From: Tubulanus polymorphus | Taxonomy: Eukaryota > Animalia > Nemertea | NCBI RefSeq assembly: GCF_964204645.1 | Contig: NC_134026.1 | Coordinates: forward strand, 12,237,950 to 12,301,949 | DNA length: 64,000 nt | Direction of reading: 5' to 3' | Shown: in pieces, positions 37,026-48,704 of the stretch | How the letters are laid out: each line of letters begins with the position of its first letter | Position numbering within the stretch: the first letter of the stretch is position 1 | Made by a program: the position numbers and the translations under genes | Notes under the pieces: generated by a model | What the model was told of the DNA's origin: nothing | Database searches by the model: none | What the model saw: only the letters and a program-made list of their open reading frames with translations

Positions 37026-38292
37026 ACTGAACGTAGCGTCTTCTCACTTAAAAAAATTGTTGGTTTGACACATAAGTTCGATTTTCGACCGCTGTGGCGC
37101 TATACAACATTGGACAAAAAAGAAACTTTCTACCACCCTTTGCCGGCTCAAGTCCGATATACGTCGAAATAGAGCGCTATGCGTAGTCAATTGAGTAAAT
37201 CGGCTGTTTATCTGTAATTGGGGTCGGCAGGTAGACACTACATGCAATACGTCGTGAACTGTCGATGTGAGCATTCCTTTACTTTTGCACCGTACAGTAT
37301 CTAAGTCTATGACACTCTCGTTGTTTTATATTTATTTTTGTATGAGGAATCGACTGGAACAAATTGTTTTCAAAAATCATATTACAATAAAATTATGCTG
37401 TTATAATTCTTGGTATTGTTTCAAATTATTTTATTCATGTCTTTTGCTTGCGCCTGCCACCGGTTTTTAGAGGTTTTTTGGAAAAAAATCTCAAAGTGTA
37501 AAACAATATTGGGCCCGATATTGTTTGCCGACTTGTAATCGATTTTGAGGATTACAACCACGTGAAGATCTCAAACACAAACAAATTGGTCTCAAAGGAA
37601 ATTCAAAGAAAAAACTTCATTATTTACAAATAAAAACGTCTACCCGGTAGGTCAGGTTTCACTTATATCATCATGTTATCGGTTTCAAAAATCGCGTATG
37701 CATCTTCAAAGATCATCCGCAGTATGAACTAATTCAGAATATAGTTTTCAGACGTACCGTAACACTGGTTCTGATGATGATACTGAACTGGCCTGAACAG
37801 AACTATGTATTCATCCTGCCGTTATTGTAATAAATATATGTTGCGCACCGACAATCATTTATCGGGTTTTTAATCGGCTCGTTTTACTCTGTTGCAGTCT
37901 TTGGGAATTATGTAGGCATATATATCTCACTTCATTTTTTGTTCATCGCAATATAGGGGCCGGTTGCACAGTCACTGCTTACATTTAAGATCAGTCTTAC
38001 ACCATCTTAGTTCTCTAGCCAATCAAACAACTTGACACAAGTCTTAAGAATCAAGACCACTTTTGGTGTCAAACCACCACTGCGCAACTGGCACTGGACA
38101 TATCTAGCTTTTTAATCCTTGGACGTCAGTCATCCCAAAATTTGAGCTAAGGGCGCTTTTTAAGAATGTCTGGGGCCAAACTGCCCCTTCCATGCCCTGA
38201 AACCTGTACCGGCACACAATACGCTTTTCCTTGTTTATGTAATGCACTGTCTGTGGACATGATAGCAGTTGATGATATCGTTCACGCATTAA

Positions 38293-38580
38293 CCCTTTCA
38301 GTGCGTCTACACCGCAGTGCGGTGTATAAATCAGTGATGGATTTTGCTAGTACACCGCACTGCGGTGTATTGATGTAATTAGTAATTTGTAATTATCTCT
38401 ATTGAAAACTGGCAGCAAGTGTCAAACATAGTGAAATACTAGTAACTAACGATACACCGCACTGCGGTGTAGACGCACTATAGTGGTATTCCCATTGTTC
38501 AACACACTAGGGTGGAATTTTTTAGAATTTTCAAATTTTCTCCAGCACTATAGGGTATCAATTAGTCAGCACTGAAAGGG
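38293..38580. mobile_element. piggyBac-like MITE
   Basis: TTAA-CCCTTTCAGTGC ... GCACTGAAAGGG-TTAA, with three internal TACACCGCA(C/G)TGCGGTGTA palindromes. Confidence 0.85.
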
Positions 38581-39866
38581 TTAAAAAACTTTGTTACCGT
38601 TGTTATAATTGAGGCCATGGAAAGATCGCGCGGTACTAGAGAGTTATCGGTATATCGCCTATTACCCATCCGTTACCGAATGCCTATCTGTCCACTCGCA
38701 GAGACCTACTGTGTGACCGCCTCGTGTCCACTGGAGACCTGACTGTCTCAAAGACTGCAACAGAGTAAAACGAGCCGATTAAAAACCCGATAAATGAATG
38801 TCGGAGCACAACATTTATTCATTACAATAACGGCAGGATGAATACATAGTTCTGTTCAGGCCAGTTCAGTATCATCATCAGAACCAGTGTTACGGTACGT
38901 CTGAAAACTATATTCTGAATTAGTTCATACTGCGGATGATCTTTGAAGATGCATACGCGATTTTTGAAACCGATAATATGATGATATAAGTGAAACCTGA
39001 CCTACCGGGTAGACGTTTTTATTTGTAAATAATGAAGTTTTTCTTTAAATTTCCTTTGAGACCAATTTGTTTGTGTTTGAGATCTTCACGTGGTTGTAAT
39101 CCTCAAAATCGATTACAAGTCGGCAAACAATATCGGGCCCAATATTGTTTTACACTTTGAGATTTTTTTCCAAAAAACCTCTAAAAACCGGTGGCAGGCG
39201 CAAGCAAAAGACATGAATAAAATAATTTGAAACAATACCAAGAATTATAACAGCATAATTTTATTGTAATATGATTTTTGAAAACAATTTGTACCAGTCG
39301 ATTCCTCATACAAAAATAAATATAAAACAACGAGAGTGTCATAGACTTAGATACTGTACGGTGCAAAAGTAAAGGAATGCTCACATCGACAGTTCACGAC
39401 GTATTGCATGTAGTGTCTACCTGCCGACCCCAATTACAGATAAACAGCCAATTTACTCAATTGACTTTACGTATAGCGCTCTATTTCGACGTATATCGGA
39501 CTTGAGCCGGCAAAGGGTGGTAGAAAGTTGCTTTTTTGTCCAATGTTGTATAGCGCCACAGCGGTCGAAAATCGAACTTATGTGTCAAACCAACAATTTT
39601 TTTAAGTGAGAAGACGCTACGTTCAGTTGAACCCACTTTGGACTTTAGTCCCAGCGGGCTATTGCGTTCACTGTTCGTCCATCGTCCGTCCGTCCATAGG
39701 CAAAATCCAGTTATTTTGGGAAGTTTTGAAGACCCTTCAAGTTGATGTCTTAATATTTGGGTTACACATGTATCTACCCTAGACATATCTTCAGCCCAAA
39801 AACTGGCCCTGTCAGAATCAAGATGGCCGACTTGCAGCCATTGTTGTTTTCCAAAATCAGCACTTT

Positions 39867-41114
39867 TTAGCCCACTTGGGACTTTAGTCCCAGCGGGCTA
39901 TTGCGTTCACTTTTCGTCCGTCCGTCCGTAGACGAAATCCAGTTATTTTGGGAAGTTTTGAAGACGCTTCAAGGTAACGTCTTGATATTTTGGTTACACA
40001 TGTATCTACCCTAGACACATCTTCAGCCCAAAAACTGGCCCTGTCAGAATCAAGATGGCCGACTGGCAGTCATTGTTGTTTGCCAAAATCAGCACACATT
40101 TTTGAACTTTTTGAGGGAAATTTTGAAGACGCTTTGATCAATTACCTTGATCTTTCGGATATATGTGAATCCTCCCAGGGCCCATCAACATAACAAAAAT
40201 TGGGTCGGTCGGACTCAAGATGGCCGTCCTATGACCTTTTTAGTGCCCAAAAATGTTAATTTTGGCCCGAATTCTGAGTCCTGTAGCTTCCTACTGGTTT
40301 GCCATTTCTCATTACAATTTGTGATGGGTGTTCTTTGGAAAGGGATGTTTTATACCTGAGACAGGTATTTTTCATCAGCCAATTATGACGCAATTGGCGG
40401 CCATCTTGGTGTAACCAGTACTCATTCGTAAGTGGGAAAAAGTTTTTCCACATTGTATTGATACCTAAGCGTATTTTGCTACCACAATCAATTAGAAAGT
40501 TGTAGCTCATAACGTGTTCTATGATTGTGGTGAGTTTCAAAGTAATTGGATTTCGTATATGGCCACCAGGGGGCGTTGAATAATACAATATCTTAGCATT
40601 TCTTTATTATATTCGTACCTATGAATATTTTGTAACCACAATCAATCGGAAAGTTGTAGCTCATGACATCATCTATGATTGTTGCGAGTTTTAAGGACAT
40701 AAGTTTTTTTGTATGGTCACCAGGGGGCGTTGAATAGTAGAATAACTTAGTATTTCCTTATTATATTGGTACCTAGGCATATTTTGTTACCATGATCAAT
40801 TGCATAGTTGTAGTTCATGACATGTTCTATGATTGAGGTGAGTCTCAAGGTCATTGGGTTTTGAATATGGTCACCAGGGGGCGTTGAATAGTAGAATGAC
40901 TTAGTATTTCCATATGAAATTGGTAACGAGGCATATTTTGTTATCACAATCAATTACAAAATCGTAGCTGCTGACATGTTCTATGATTGTGGTGAGTTTT
41001 AAGGTCATTGGTTTTTGAAAATGGTCACCAGGGGAAGTTGAATATTGAAATTGTTAGATTGTTGAGCATTTGAAACCTCATCCCAAGTGGGCATGGTGTC
41101 CCTGGACCCCTAGT
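39867..41114 (-). mobile_element. HINE family A full-length copy inserted into another family A copy
   Basis: Absent from the mirror position in the left arm (~36785). Inserted in a T-run with no clear TSD; both ends intact. Confidence 0.85.
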
Positions 41115-41704
41115 TATGTTTTTGAACTTTTTGAGGGAAATTTTGACGCTTTGATCAATTACCTTGATCTTTCGTATATATATGAATTCCCCAAGGGCCC
41201 ATCAGCATAACAAATTGGGTGGATGGGACCGTCCTATGACCTTTTAGTGCCCAAAAAAGTCAATTTTGGACAGAATTCCGAGTCCTGTAGCTTCCTACTA
41301 GTTTGCGATTTCTCATTGCAATTGCTGATGTGTATTCTTTGGAAAGGGATGTTTTATACCCGAGACCGGTATTTTGGATCAGCGAAATATGACGCAATTG
41401 GCGGCCATCTTGGTGTCATCAGTACTCATTTGTAGGTGGGAAAAAGTTTTTCGACATTATATTGATACCTAAACATATTTTGTACCATAATGAAAGTGTA
41501 GCTTAGGGCTATAACGTGTTCTACGCTTGTGGTGAGTTTCAAGGTCATTGGTTTTTGTTTATGGCCACCAGGTGGCGTTGAATTATACAATATCTTAGTA
41601 TTTCTATATTATAATTCTACCAATGCATATTTTGTTACCACAATCAATTGCAATGTTGTAGCTCATGACATCGTCTATGATTGTGGTGAGTTTCAAGAAC
41701 ATTA

Positions 41705-42289
41705 CCGTAAAAACCGGCGTATAAGTCGAGTTTTTAACCCTTGATTTTACCACTAAATTATTGACCTCGACTTATACGCCGAGTACAGTAAGTTTTCTAC
41801 GAAGTATTTTCAGGTCACAAGAAATATTGATTCTACCAGACAAAAGAGACTATAACAGTGCTATAACAGTTTGAATAATTATTCATGATAAATAAAGATA
41901 TTTAATGAAAAAAACTTCTTTCATTTTGACACAGCTTCATTTAAAACGATGTATTCATATATGCGCGCTCATAGCAGCGCTTAATACATTAGGCTATATA
42001 TAGCATGTGACTCACACTACTGTATCACTGTATGGTAGTGTATTATACCTGAGTGTGTGCAACAGTCTATTGATTAACACACAGCAGCAATCTGGCTGAC
42101 TTGTGGCGGCATGCGTGAAGGCACACATCGTTATCAAAACAAACTATTCAATACAATGATACTAGTAATTATTCTTCTAAGAGAAGGGACTCGACTTATA
42201 AGCCGGATATATGTTAAAATCATAAAATGTAGGTCCAAAAATCGACCTCGACTTATACGCCGCGAAGACTTATACGCCGGTTTTTACGG
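41705..42289. mobile_element. pogo/Tigger-like (Tc1/mariner superfamily) MITE
   Basis: TIR CCGTAAAAACCGGCGTATAAGTC / GACTTATACGCCGGTTTTTACGG with a TA duplication. The empty site is visible in the left arm (~36185). Confidence 0.88.
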
Positions 42290-44210
42290 TAATTATTCTA
42301 TTTGGTCACCAGGGGGCGTTGAATAGTAGAATAACTTAGTATTTCCTTTTAAGATTGGTACCTAGGCATATTTTGTTTCCATGATCAATTGCAAAGTTGT
42401 AGTTCAAGACATGTTCTATGATTGTGGTGAGTTTCATGGTCATTGGATTTTGCATGTGGTCACCAGGGGGCATTGAATAGTAGAATTACTTATTATTTTC
42501 ATATTAAATTGGTAACGAGAGTTATTTTGTTATCACAATTGAATATGAAAAATCATAGCTGCTGACATGTTCTATGATACAGGTAAGTTTCAAGTTCATT
42601 GGTTTTTGTGTATGGTCACCAGGGGGCGTTGAATATTGAAATCGTTAGATTGTTGAGCATTTGAAACCACTTCCTAAGTGGGTATGGTGTCCCAGGACCC
42701 CTAGTTACTAAAGTTGTTTTTGTTTTCATTTATGAGCGATTGTTTACTCAGCATACACTCGCGTAATGCTGAAAAATCTGCTCCGCGGACACTCGGAAAC
42801 GTTACAGTGACGTCATCACCTGCTCATTAGCATATCAAAATACAGTAAGTGGTGCCTCGTGATGGGCCATAAAAGCCGTTTTTCAGCATTACGCGAGCGT
42901 ATGCTAGGTAAACTATCGCTGATAAATGAAATATAAACAAATCTATTCCACTTCATGATTTATTTCTGAATGCAAATTCCTTACTGAACAAATTGATGCA
43001 TAATATTTAGAGATAAACCGATTATTAACAAAATTACAGAGCAAAACCTGGCACAGAGAGCAGGTGTGACAGACAATAGCTAGGTCAGATTTGATGTGCT
43101 CAAGTCAAGTTGAATTAGGATACTTGCGTAGAAATGTGAATAAATTTTTCCTGTTATACACTTGTAGCTTTAAGCTATTTGTCCTATAATAAATCAAGTG
43201 GAATAACTTTTTAGCCCACTTGGGACTTAAGTCCAAGCGGGCTATTGCGTTCACTCTTCGTCCGTCATTCGTCCATCCATAGAATCCAGTTATTTTGGGA
43301 AGTTTTTAAGACGCTTCAATGTAATGTCTTGAGTTGTTCCCCAAACAACGTCTAGGGCGAAAGTGCTCATATAAGGTTAATTTTCGTCCCTCATTTTCAG
43401 GGACTAGGCTTTGAGCGTCTATTTCACACCTTAAAACACCATCAACTTACCTCAAACTGGCTGATCTGTAATCAGATGGAAGTTAACTATTGTGCGTGCA
43501 TAAATTTGTAATCGTAAGTAGCTTTTGACAATCGTAGTAACTCAAAACTTTTGACTAGTCGCCTCAAAAAACAGTGGAAGTGAAGCAACATAACAAATAT
43601 GGCGGCTTTTCGTGTTGCATGATGGAAGCGTAAATTAGGGATTCGGACTTGAACTTTGACATTGATGCCAATGCAGATATTATTCTTGTTTCAAATTCTT
43701 ATAAAAAAATTTATCAAAATTAATGAGTTTTATCAACAAAAAATAACATTTAGAGTAATTTTAGAGAGACATATTGAATTTTCACATTTTATTAATTTAG
43801 TCCGTATTGGAAATCCCGATGTGGCAATCAATTCAATTCAAATCAAATCAATAAATTCTCCGGTTCGCGATTTAAATCATCAAAAATAATATAATAAAAC
43901 ACGTTTTCAAAGTCAACAAGGTAATTGATTAATCTATTTGAGTACAAAGGTTTGATTTGATACTAAAATCAGTTGTTGCATTGCAATTAACAGGAGTTAA
44001 CCTCTATCACAGGGGTTTGGCGATGGGCTTGGATTTTATTTCTGGGTTGTTAATAATCTCGCGAGAATGGCGCTAAATAGGCCATGAACTGCGAATAAAT
44101 TCAAATATCACGGAAATACCTTGTGTTTATATTGTTTATTTATCCGCTATAAAGTTTCGATAAACCATTGGTCGTTAAGAATCATTATCAGACGGTCGTC
44201 ACGCTTTACT

Positions 44211-44592
44211 CTATAAAATAACAAGGGATGAAACGCAGTTCAAGTCGTGCCAGCCAGAAAGTTGGGACAGTCACGTGACATTCTGATGACTTCATCGCAT
44301 TTAAAACTTCAACATGAAAATTTAACATATTCACATACCGATATCAATCGTCAGATTATGATTCATATGAAATAAATAACTTATAAAGAATAAATTATGA
44401 TGAAATATATAATTCATAGTCAAAAAAATGCATTTGAATGTAAGTTATTCTCAAATATTTTTTGTTTCATAGTTTCCAACTTAGATGCTTCAGGTTCGCA
44501 TTCAGTCAAATAAGAAGCGTTAAGTCACGTGACTGTCCCAACTTTCTGGCTGGCACGACTTGAGCTGCGTTTCATCCCTTGTGATTTTATAT
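44211..44592. mobile_element. MITE with ~70-bp TIRs
   Basis: ACAAGGGATGAAACGCAG.TCAAGTCGTGCCAGCCAGAAAGTTGGGACAGTCACGTGAC and its reverse complement. Confidence 0.8.
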
Positions 44593-46051
44593 AGGCCTAT
44601 GTAACGCACTTGCCGGAATGTTTTTGGCCAACATGCGCCTGTGGGAACAAAAGAAACTTGAATCCTCGTTAACTACGTCAAACCAACTAAATCAAAATCA
44701 AACAATGAAATGAAATATGATTATACAATTTATTCATGCCTTTAAAATAAAAGAAATTCTCGTATAACTATAAAAATCTATAGCAGATATCATTCAAATT
44801 TTGCTTTAGACTAGCGAACAAAAATTTAAAAAAACACTACCCAACCATAACCTAACCAAGATTCAATGAAACAAAAATGATAACAATACTTATCTATTCT
44901 GCGTATCTGCTTTGTGTATCAATCGTGCATTACAAAAGTCATTAATTTATTCAGTCCCGTAGTCGAAAACTGTGTGGAAATGTAGTCTTGTAGAAATCAC
45001 CAACGTCTTGCGCAAAATTAGGAAAAAAGTTCCCGCGAAACGGAGCAAGAAAATATTAGAAACGTCCAGTTCCAATATTTCTATTGATCACGCGCAATAA
45101 CACCGCGATTACTGTTGTCAATGTGTTTGAAACATCAATGATCCATCCGTCGAATATTGTAGATATTCTGTTGTAGATATTCTACGATGAGTCGCAATCG
45201 AATACCACCAGTTATCGTAAATTAGATTCGTTAAAAAGAAGTGGAAACTATGCTCTTTCCAATGATGATATACAAATAGAGAACTTTTCTATTTGAAAGA
45301 AAGTAAAGTATACAGCAAAAGTTTACTTCAACTGTGATCCAGTATTAAAACTCCTGACAAAAATATAAATCACTAAATTCTCTGTACTCCGACAGGACTA
45401 ATTAGTCCATTCCTCCAATTTAGCATAAATTTAGGATAAATACTTCATACTGGGTTAAAATTGATAATAAGTCCTATTATTCCAAGTCGGAAATAATAGT
45501 GTTTTAGGAATAGACCTTGTTGGCTTCCTTCTCTTCTAAAACCCAGCTCAGATCTCCCCCGAAAACGAAATCATCTGACTCCAGATTCAGGATGCAAAAA
45601 TAGTTCCAAGGAAAATAGTCCCATTGGAAATATAAAATAACATATCAAATTTAGCAAACATTGCCCAAAAATCTCAAACTAACAACAGTCCATTTGCCAC
45701 TAGACCAAATGATCACCAGATAATTCCTAAATATCAATAACTAAGATTTTTCCTCAAAAGAATTTCTGAAACTAACCAAAAGATTACCAAATAATGATGT
45801 ATCATGTGATCGAATGATGCTTACTTAAATGAACTTTAGTCTGGTTATGAATTCAACCACGCAGTAACCTGAAACACAATACTAGGGGTCCGGAATTTTT
45901 AACAGATTTACTGCAGTATAACGCATAAACACACACTGACAAGACCAAACGCTGCACACGAGAAAAGGAAATGCCCCACCCATATATGGAAAGCTAAAAA
46001 AAATCTTATTACACTATATTAATCCACTAATTAAACTTCCACCAGTAGACC

Positions 46052-46053
<2 letters not shown>

Positions 46054-46132
<79 letters not shown>
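46054..46132. repeat. (TA)n microsatellite
   Basis: Seen directly in the sequence. Confidence 0.95.
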
Positions 46133-46141
<9 letters not shown>

Positions 46142-46143
<2 letters not shown>

Positions 46144-47051
46144 AGCAAACTACCCATCCGCCAGGATGGGTAGATTATAATGAATCACTAAGTTGCGGAT
46201 AAAAATAATATAATATATAATAATATGTAATATAATATCATATAGGGCCTATATTTATTTATTTATCGATATGAAATATACACTATAAGTCTGGCATTAG
46301 AAAAAAATATCAAAGAAGAGGAAAAGTATTAAATATTTCGCTGTAAACTATGTTTTTGGTTTGCTTGGGTGAGTACTGGGTACTCTGGAAAGGGAAACAT
46401 AGTTCATGCCATGTGTGAATGGTGAATTCCGGAAGTCCAGTCCAATGTATCTGAATGTTTGGCCCTGTGCTTTGTTAACTGCATGCCATGGCAAAACAGG
46501 GACGTAGGCCTAACTGGAATTACTCTCTCATACCTTTCAATCCGAAAACAATAACAGATCAGGTTATTAAATCTCGGTGATTCTTAGAAGAATGGATTGG
46601 CTGGCATGCTTTTCTTTGGGAAGTGGTGCTGTGGTGAGCTCAAATACATACAGTCTCCACTATTAGATTCCAGGCAGAGAGAGGAGGTCACCGGTATCTC
46701 TGTAGTCAAAAGCAAAGCAACAGCTGATGCTCACCGCATCGCAGTAATCTCCACTACATGTATTAGATCCCCAGAATTGAGGTCACCCGCGTCTCTGTAG
46801 TCAAGCACACTATACAAAAACCGTAGCTCAAATGTTTGTTTTGATCAGCGCGCGCAATGACGTCACGCGGAGCGTCCAAACTTAAATGGTCCAAAAGTCT
46901 ACCTAAACTTTATCGTATCGGCACGAAATCGATTCTAAAACACAGATCAGACCATCCTCTTTCAATCCATACCACTCAACGGGTAATCGAAGCCACACGA
47001 ACGGAGATTACGCGTTACAAAGTTAAGACGCCTTGCCGCTTATAGTATAGA
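46142..47051 (-). mobile_element. Internally deleted Helitron retaining a Pif1-like helicase C-terminal remnant
   Basis: 5' TC at 47051; 3' hairpin CTACCCATCC-4nt-GGATGGGTAG then CTAG; inserted between A and T. 46375-46530 encodes CFAM..VNKAQGQTFRYIGLDFRNSPFTHGMNYVSLSRV (helicase motifs V-VI). Confidence 0.85.
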
Positions 47052-47981
47052 TATCTATATATTCCAAAACAACTCCGTCCTCACTACACTAATCTGCTTG
47101 AGCGCTAGTCTACCTCAATAAAATATACACCACAAAAAACCAGGGTCACATCTATAGTAAAGCGTGACGACTGTCTGATAATGATTCTTAACGACCAATT
47201 GTTTATTGAAACTTTATAGCGGATAAATAAACAATATAAACACAAGGTATTCCGTGATATTTTGAATTTATTCGCAGTTCATATTTAGCACCATTCTCGC
47301 AAGATTATTAACAACCCGGAAATAAAATCCAAGCCCATCGCCAAACCCCCGTGACCTCTAGGCCTATATGATACTTTAGCGTCAAATGTTGTAGGGAACC
47401 GGTAACAACGACTGGTATTCAGACAATAGTCCACCTGGAGACGTGACTGTCTCTCTGTCTTCTGTTAACCGGCCCACATGTCTATCTGGAGACTCCCCAA
47501 TCTACAACACACGCATCTGTTATGTTTTTGCGCATTAATTTCATAATAGACGGACGTCGGGCGCCTGGAGGACGTCCCTTTGGTAAACGCGTATATATGG
47601 ATACTACGAAGTGTTTTCTTAACCGATTCTGACTAGCTGACAAAGTCAGAAAAAAATGGCGTCACTAGACGTCCGGTTTGAATCTCATGGGGGAAATCGG
47701 AAGTAGAATTACGTCACGCAAAAATCCAGGGTATGCCTGCAGTTTAGGTGTCCCTAATGGTTATGTACCTAACCTCACCATACACTATTCTTTAATAACA
47801 CTAGCGCCACCCAGTGGATAGGTGACCCAAACTGCAGTTAGACCGAAAAGGGAAAAGGATTAAGCATTGACCGTGGCGTCCGTCAATTAGATTTCCCGCA
47901 TCTATTACATATTATTTTCGACGTATATCGGACTTGGGCCCCTGGCTTTGCCTTGGCTTAGCTTAAGACTTAAGTTGAAGT

Positions 47982-48210
47982 CGGTAAGATTCAAGAATAG
48001 GGGACTAGTGGTTAGGATTAGGGTTAGGATTAGGGTTAGGTTTAGGGTTAGGTTTAGGGTTAGGTTTAGGTTTAGTTCCCTAATCATCATTAATTACTAT
48101 ATACATTACTATCATTATATATCATCATTATCAATTACTAATATTATTACTTAATTGATTACTATCACTACATATATATTGCTATAGTCCCCTATTCTTG
48201 AATCGCACCG
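47982..48210. mobile_element. MITE containing telomere-like (TTAGGG/TTAGGT/TTAGGA) repeats
   Basis: TIR CGGT..GATTCAAGAATAGGGGACTA / TAGTCCCCTATTCTTGAATC..ACCG, with repeats at 48010-48074. Confidence 0.7.
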
Positions 48211-48704
48211 GCAAAATATCCACTTCCCTTTTGAAAATTACACAACCGTACCTTTGAGTTAGTTTCGATCCTTATTTTTTGTTTGAGTTTCACTGATCAT
48301 TTTCTGATAGGAATTTCCTAATGACGTCATCTTTCTGGAGTTACTGCAAAACGAGCAAGGGAAAGCTCCGAGAATATCCAAATTAGCGCGTCCATATTGC
48401 CAGGGGACAGCTCCGAAAATATCCAAATAATGGCATCCATGGATAGAAACCACTATGAATTTGCCGGGCCGCTCGGCAACCCGTACTGGCGGGGTACGGG
48501 TAGTCTAGAGAGGCCAATGAAACTCCGGTTTGCTGAACTACCCCTCTTTGCGGGGATGCGGTATGATGTTTGATCCGACAGTTTCAATTGGTTAACGGGT
48601 GTTTCAAGTGCTTACAACGATGCTTATTACTTCATGTCGTACATGGTGGTTAACTGTAACGCGGATTCTTCGCCTCTAAAAACTGTTTCGTTAATAGTTT
48701 TCTT

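Larger units (their letters stand above)
35143..43332. repeat. ~8.2-kb inverted duplication: arms 35143-37904 and 38747-43332, spacer ~840 bp
   Basis: Non-HINE segments 35267-35770 and 37026-37904 recur reverse-complemented at ~42706-43210 and 38747-39628. Near-identical spurious ORFs at 37267 (+) and 39181 (-) confirm this. Confidence 0.93.
44600..47150. mobile_element. Possible solo LTR (TG...CA) hosting the Helitron
   Basis: Begins TGTAAC and ends GTCACA; flanks CCTA/TCTA give only an imperfect TSD. Confidence 0.3.
44007..47354. mobile_element. Non-autonomous DNA transposon with ~205-bp TIRs carrying nested insertions
   Basis: 44007-44212 is the reverse complement of 47153-47354; CCTCTA flanks both sides. 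Confidence 0.8.

Noticed and set aside
37044-41744. Duplicated short ORFs (e.g. 37267+/39181-, 36527-/41223+) as a gene family
   Set aside because: They are by-products of the inverted duplication and HINE copies; non-ATG starts and no domain signal.
47650-47720. Housekeeping-promoter motif cluster (AAAATGGCG, CGGAAGT, TTACGTCA)
   Set aside because: No associated exon or ORF found, and short motifs like these are common in transposon ends.
48010-48074. True telomere or chromosome-fusion scar
   Set aside because: Short, degenerate, single orientation and enclosed by MITE TIRs.
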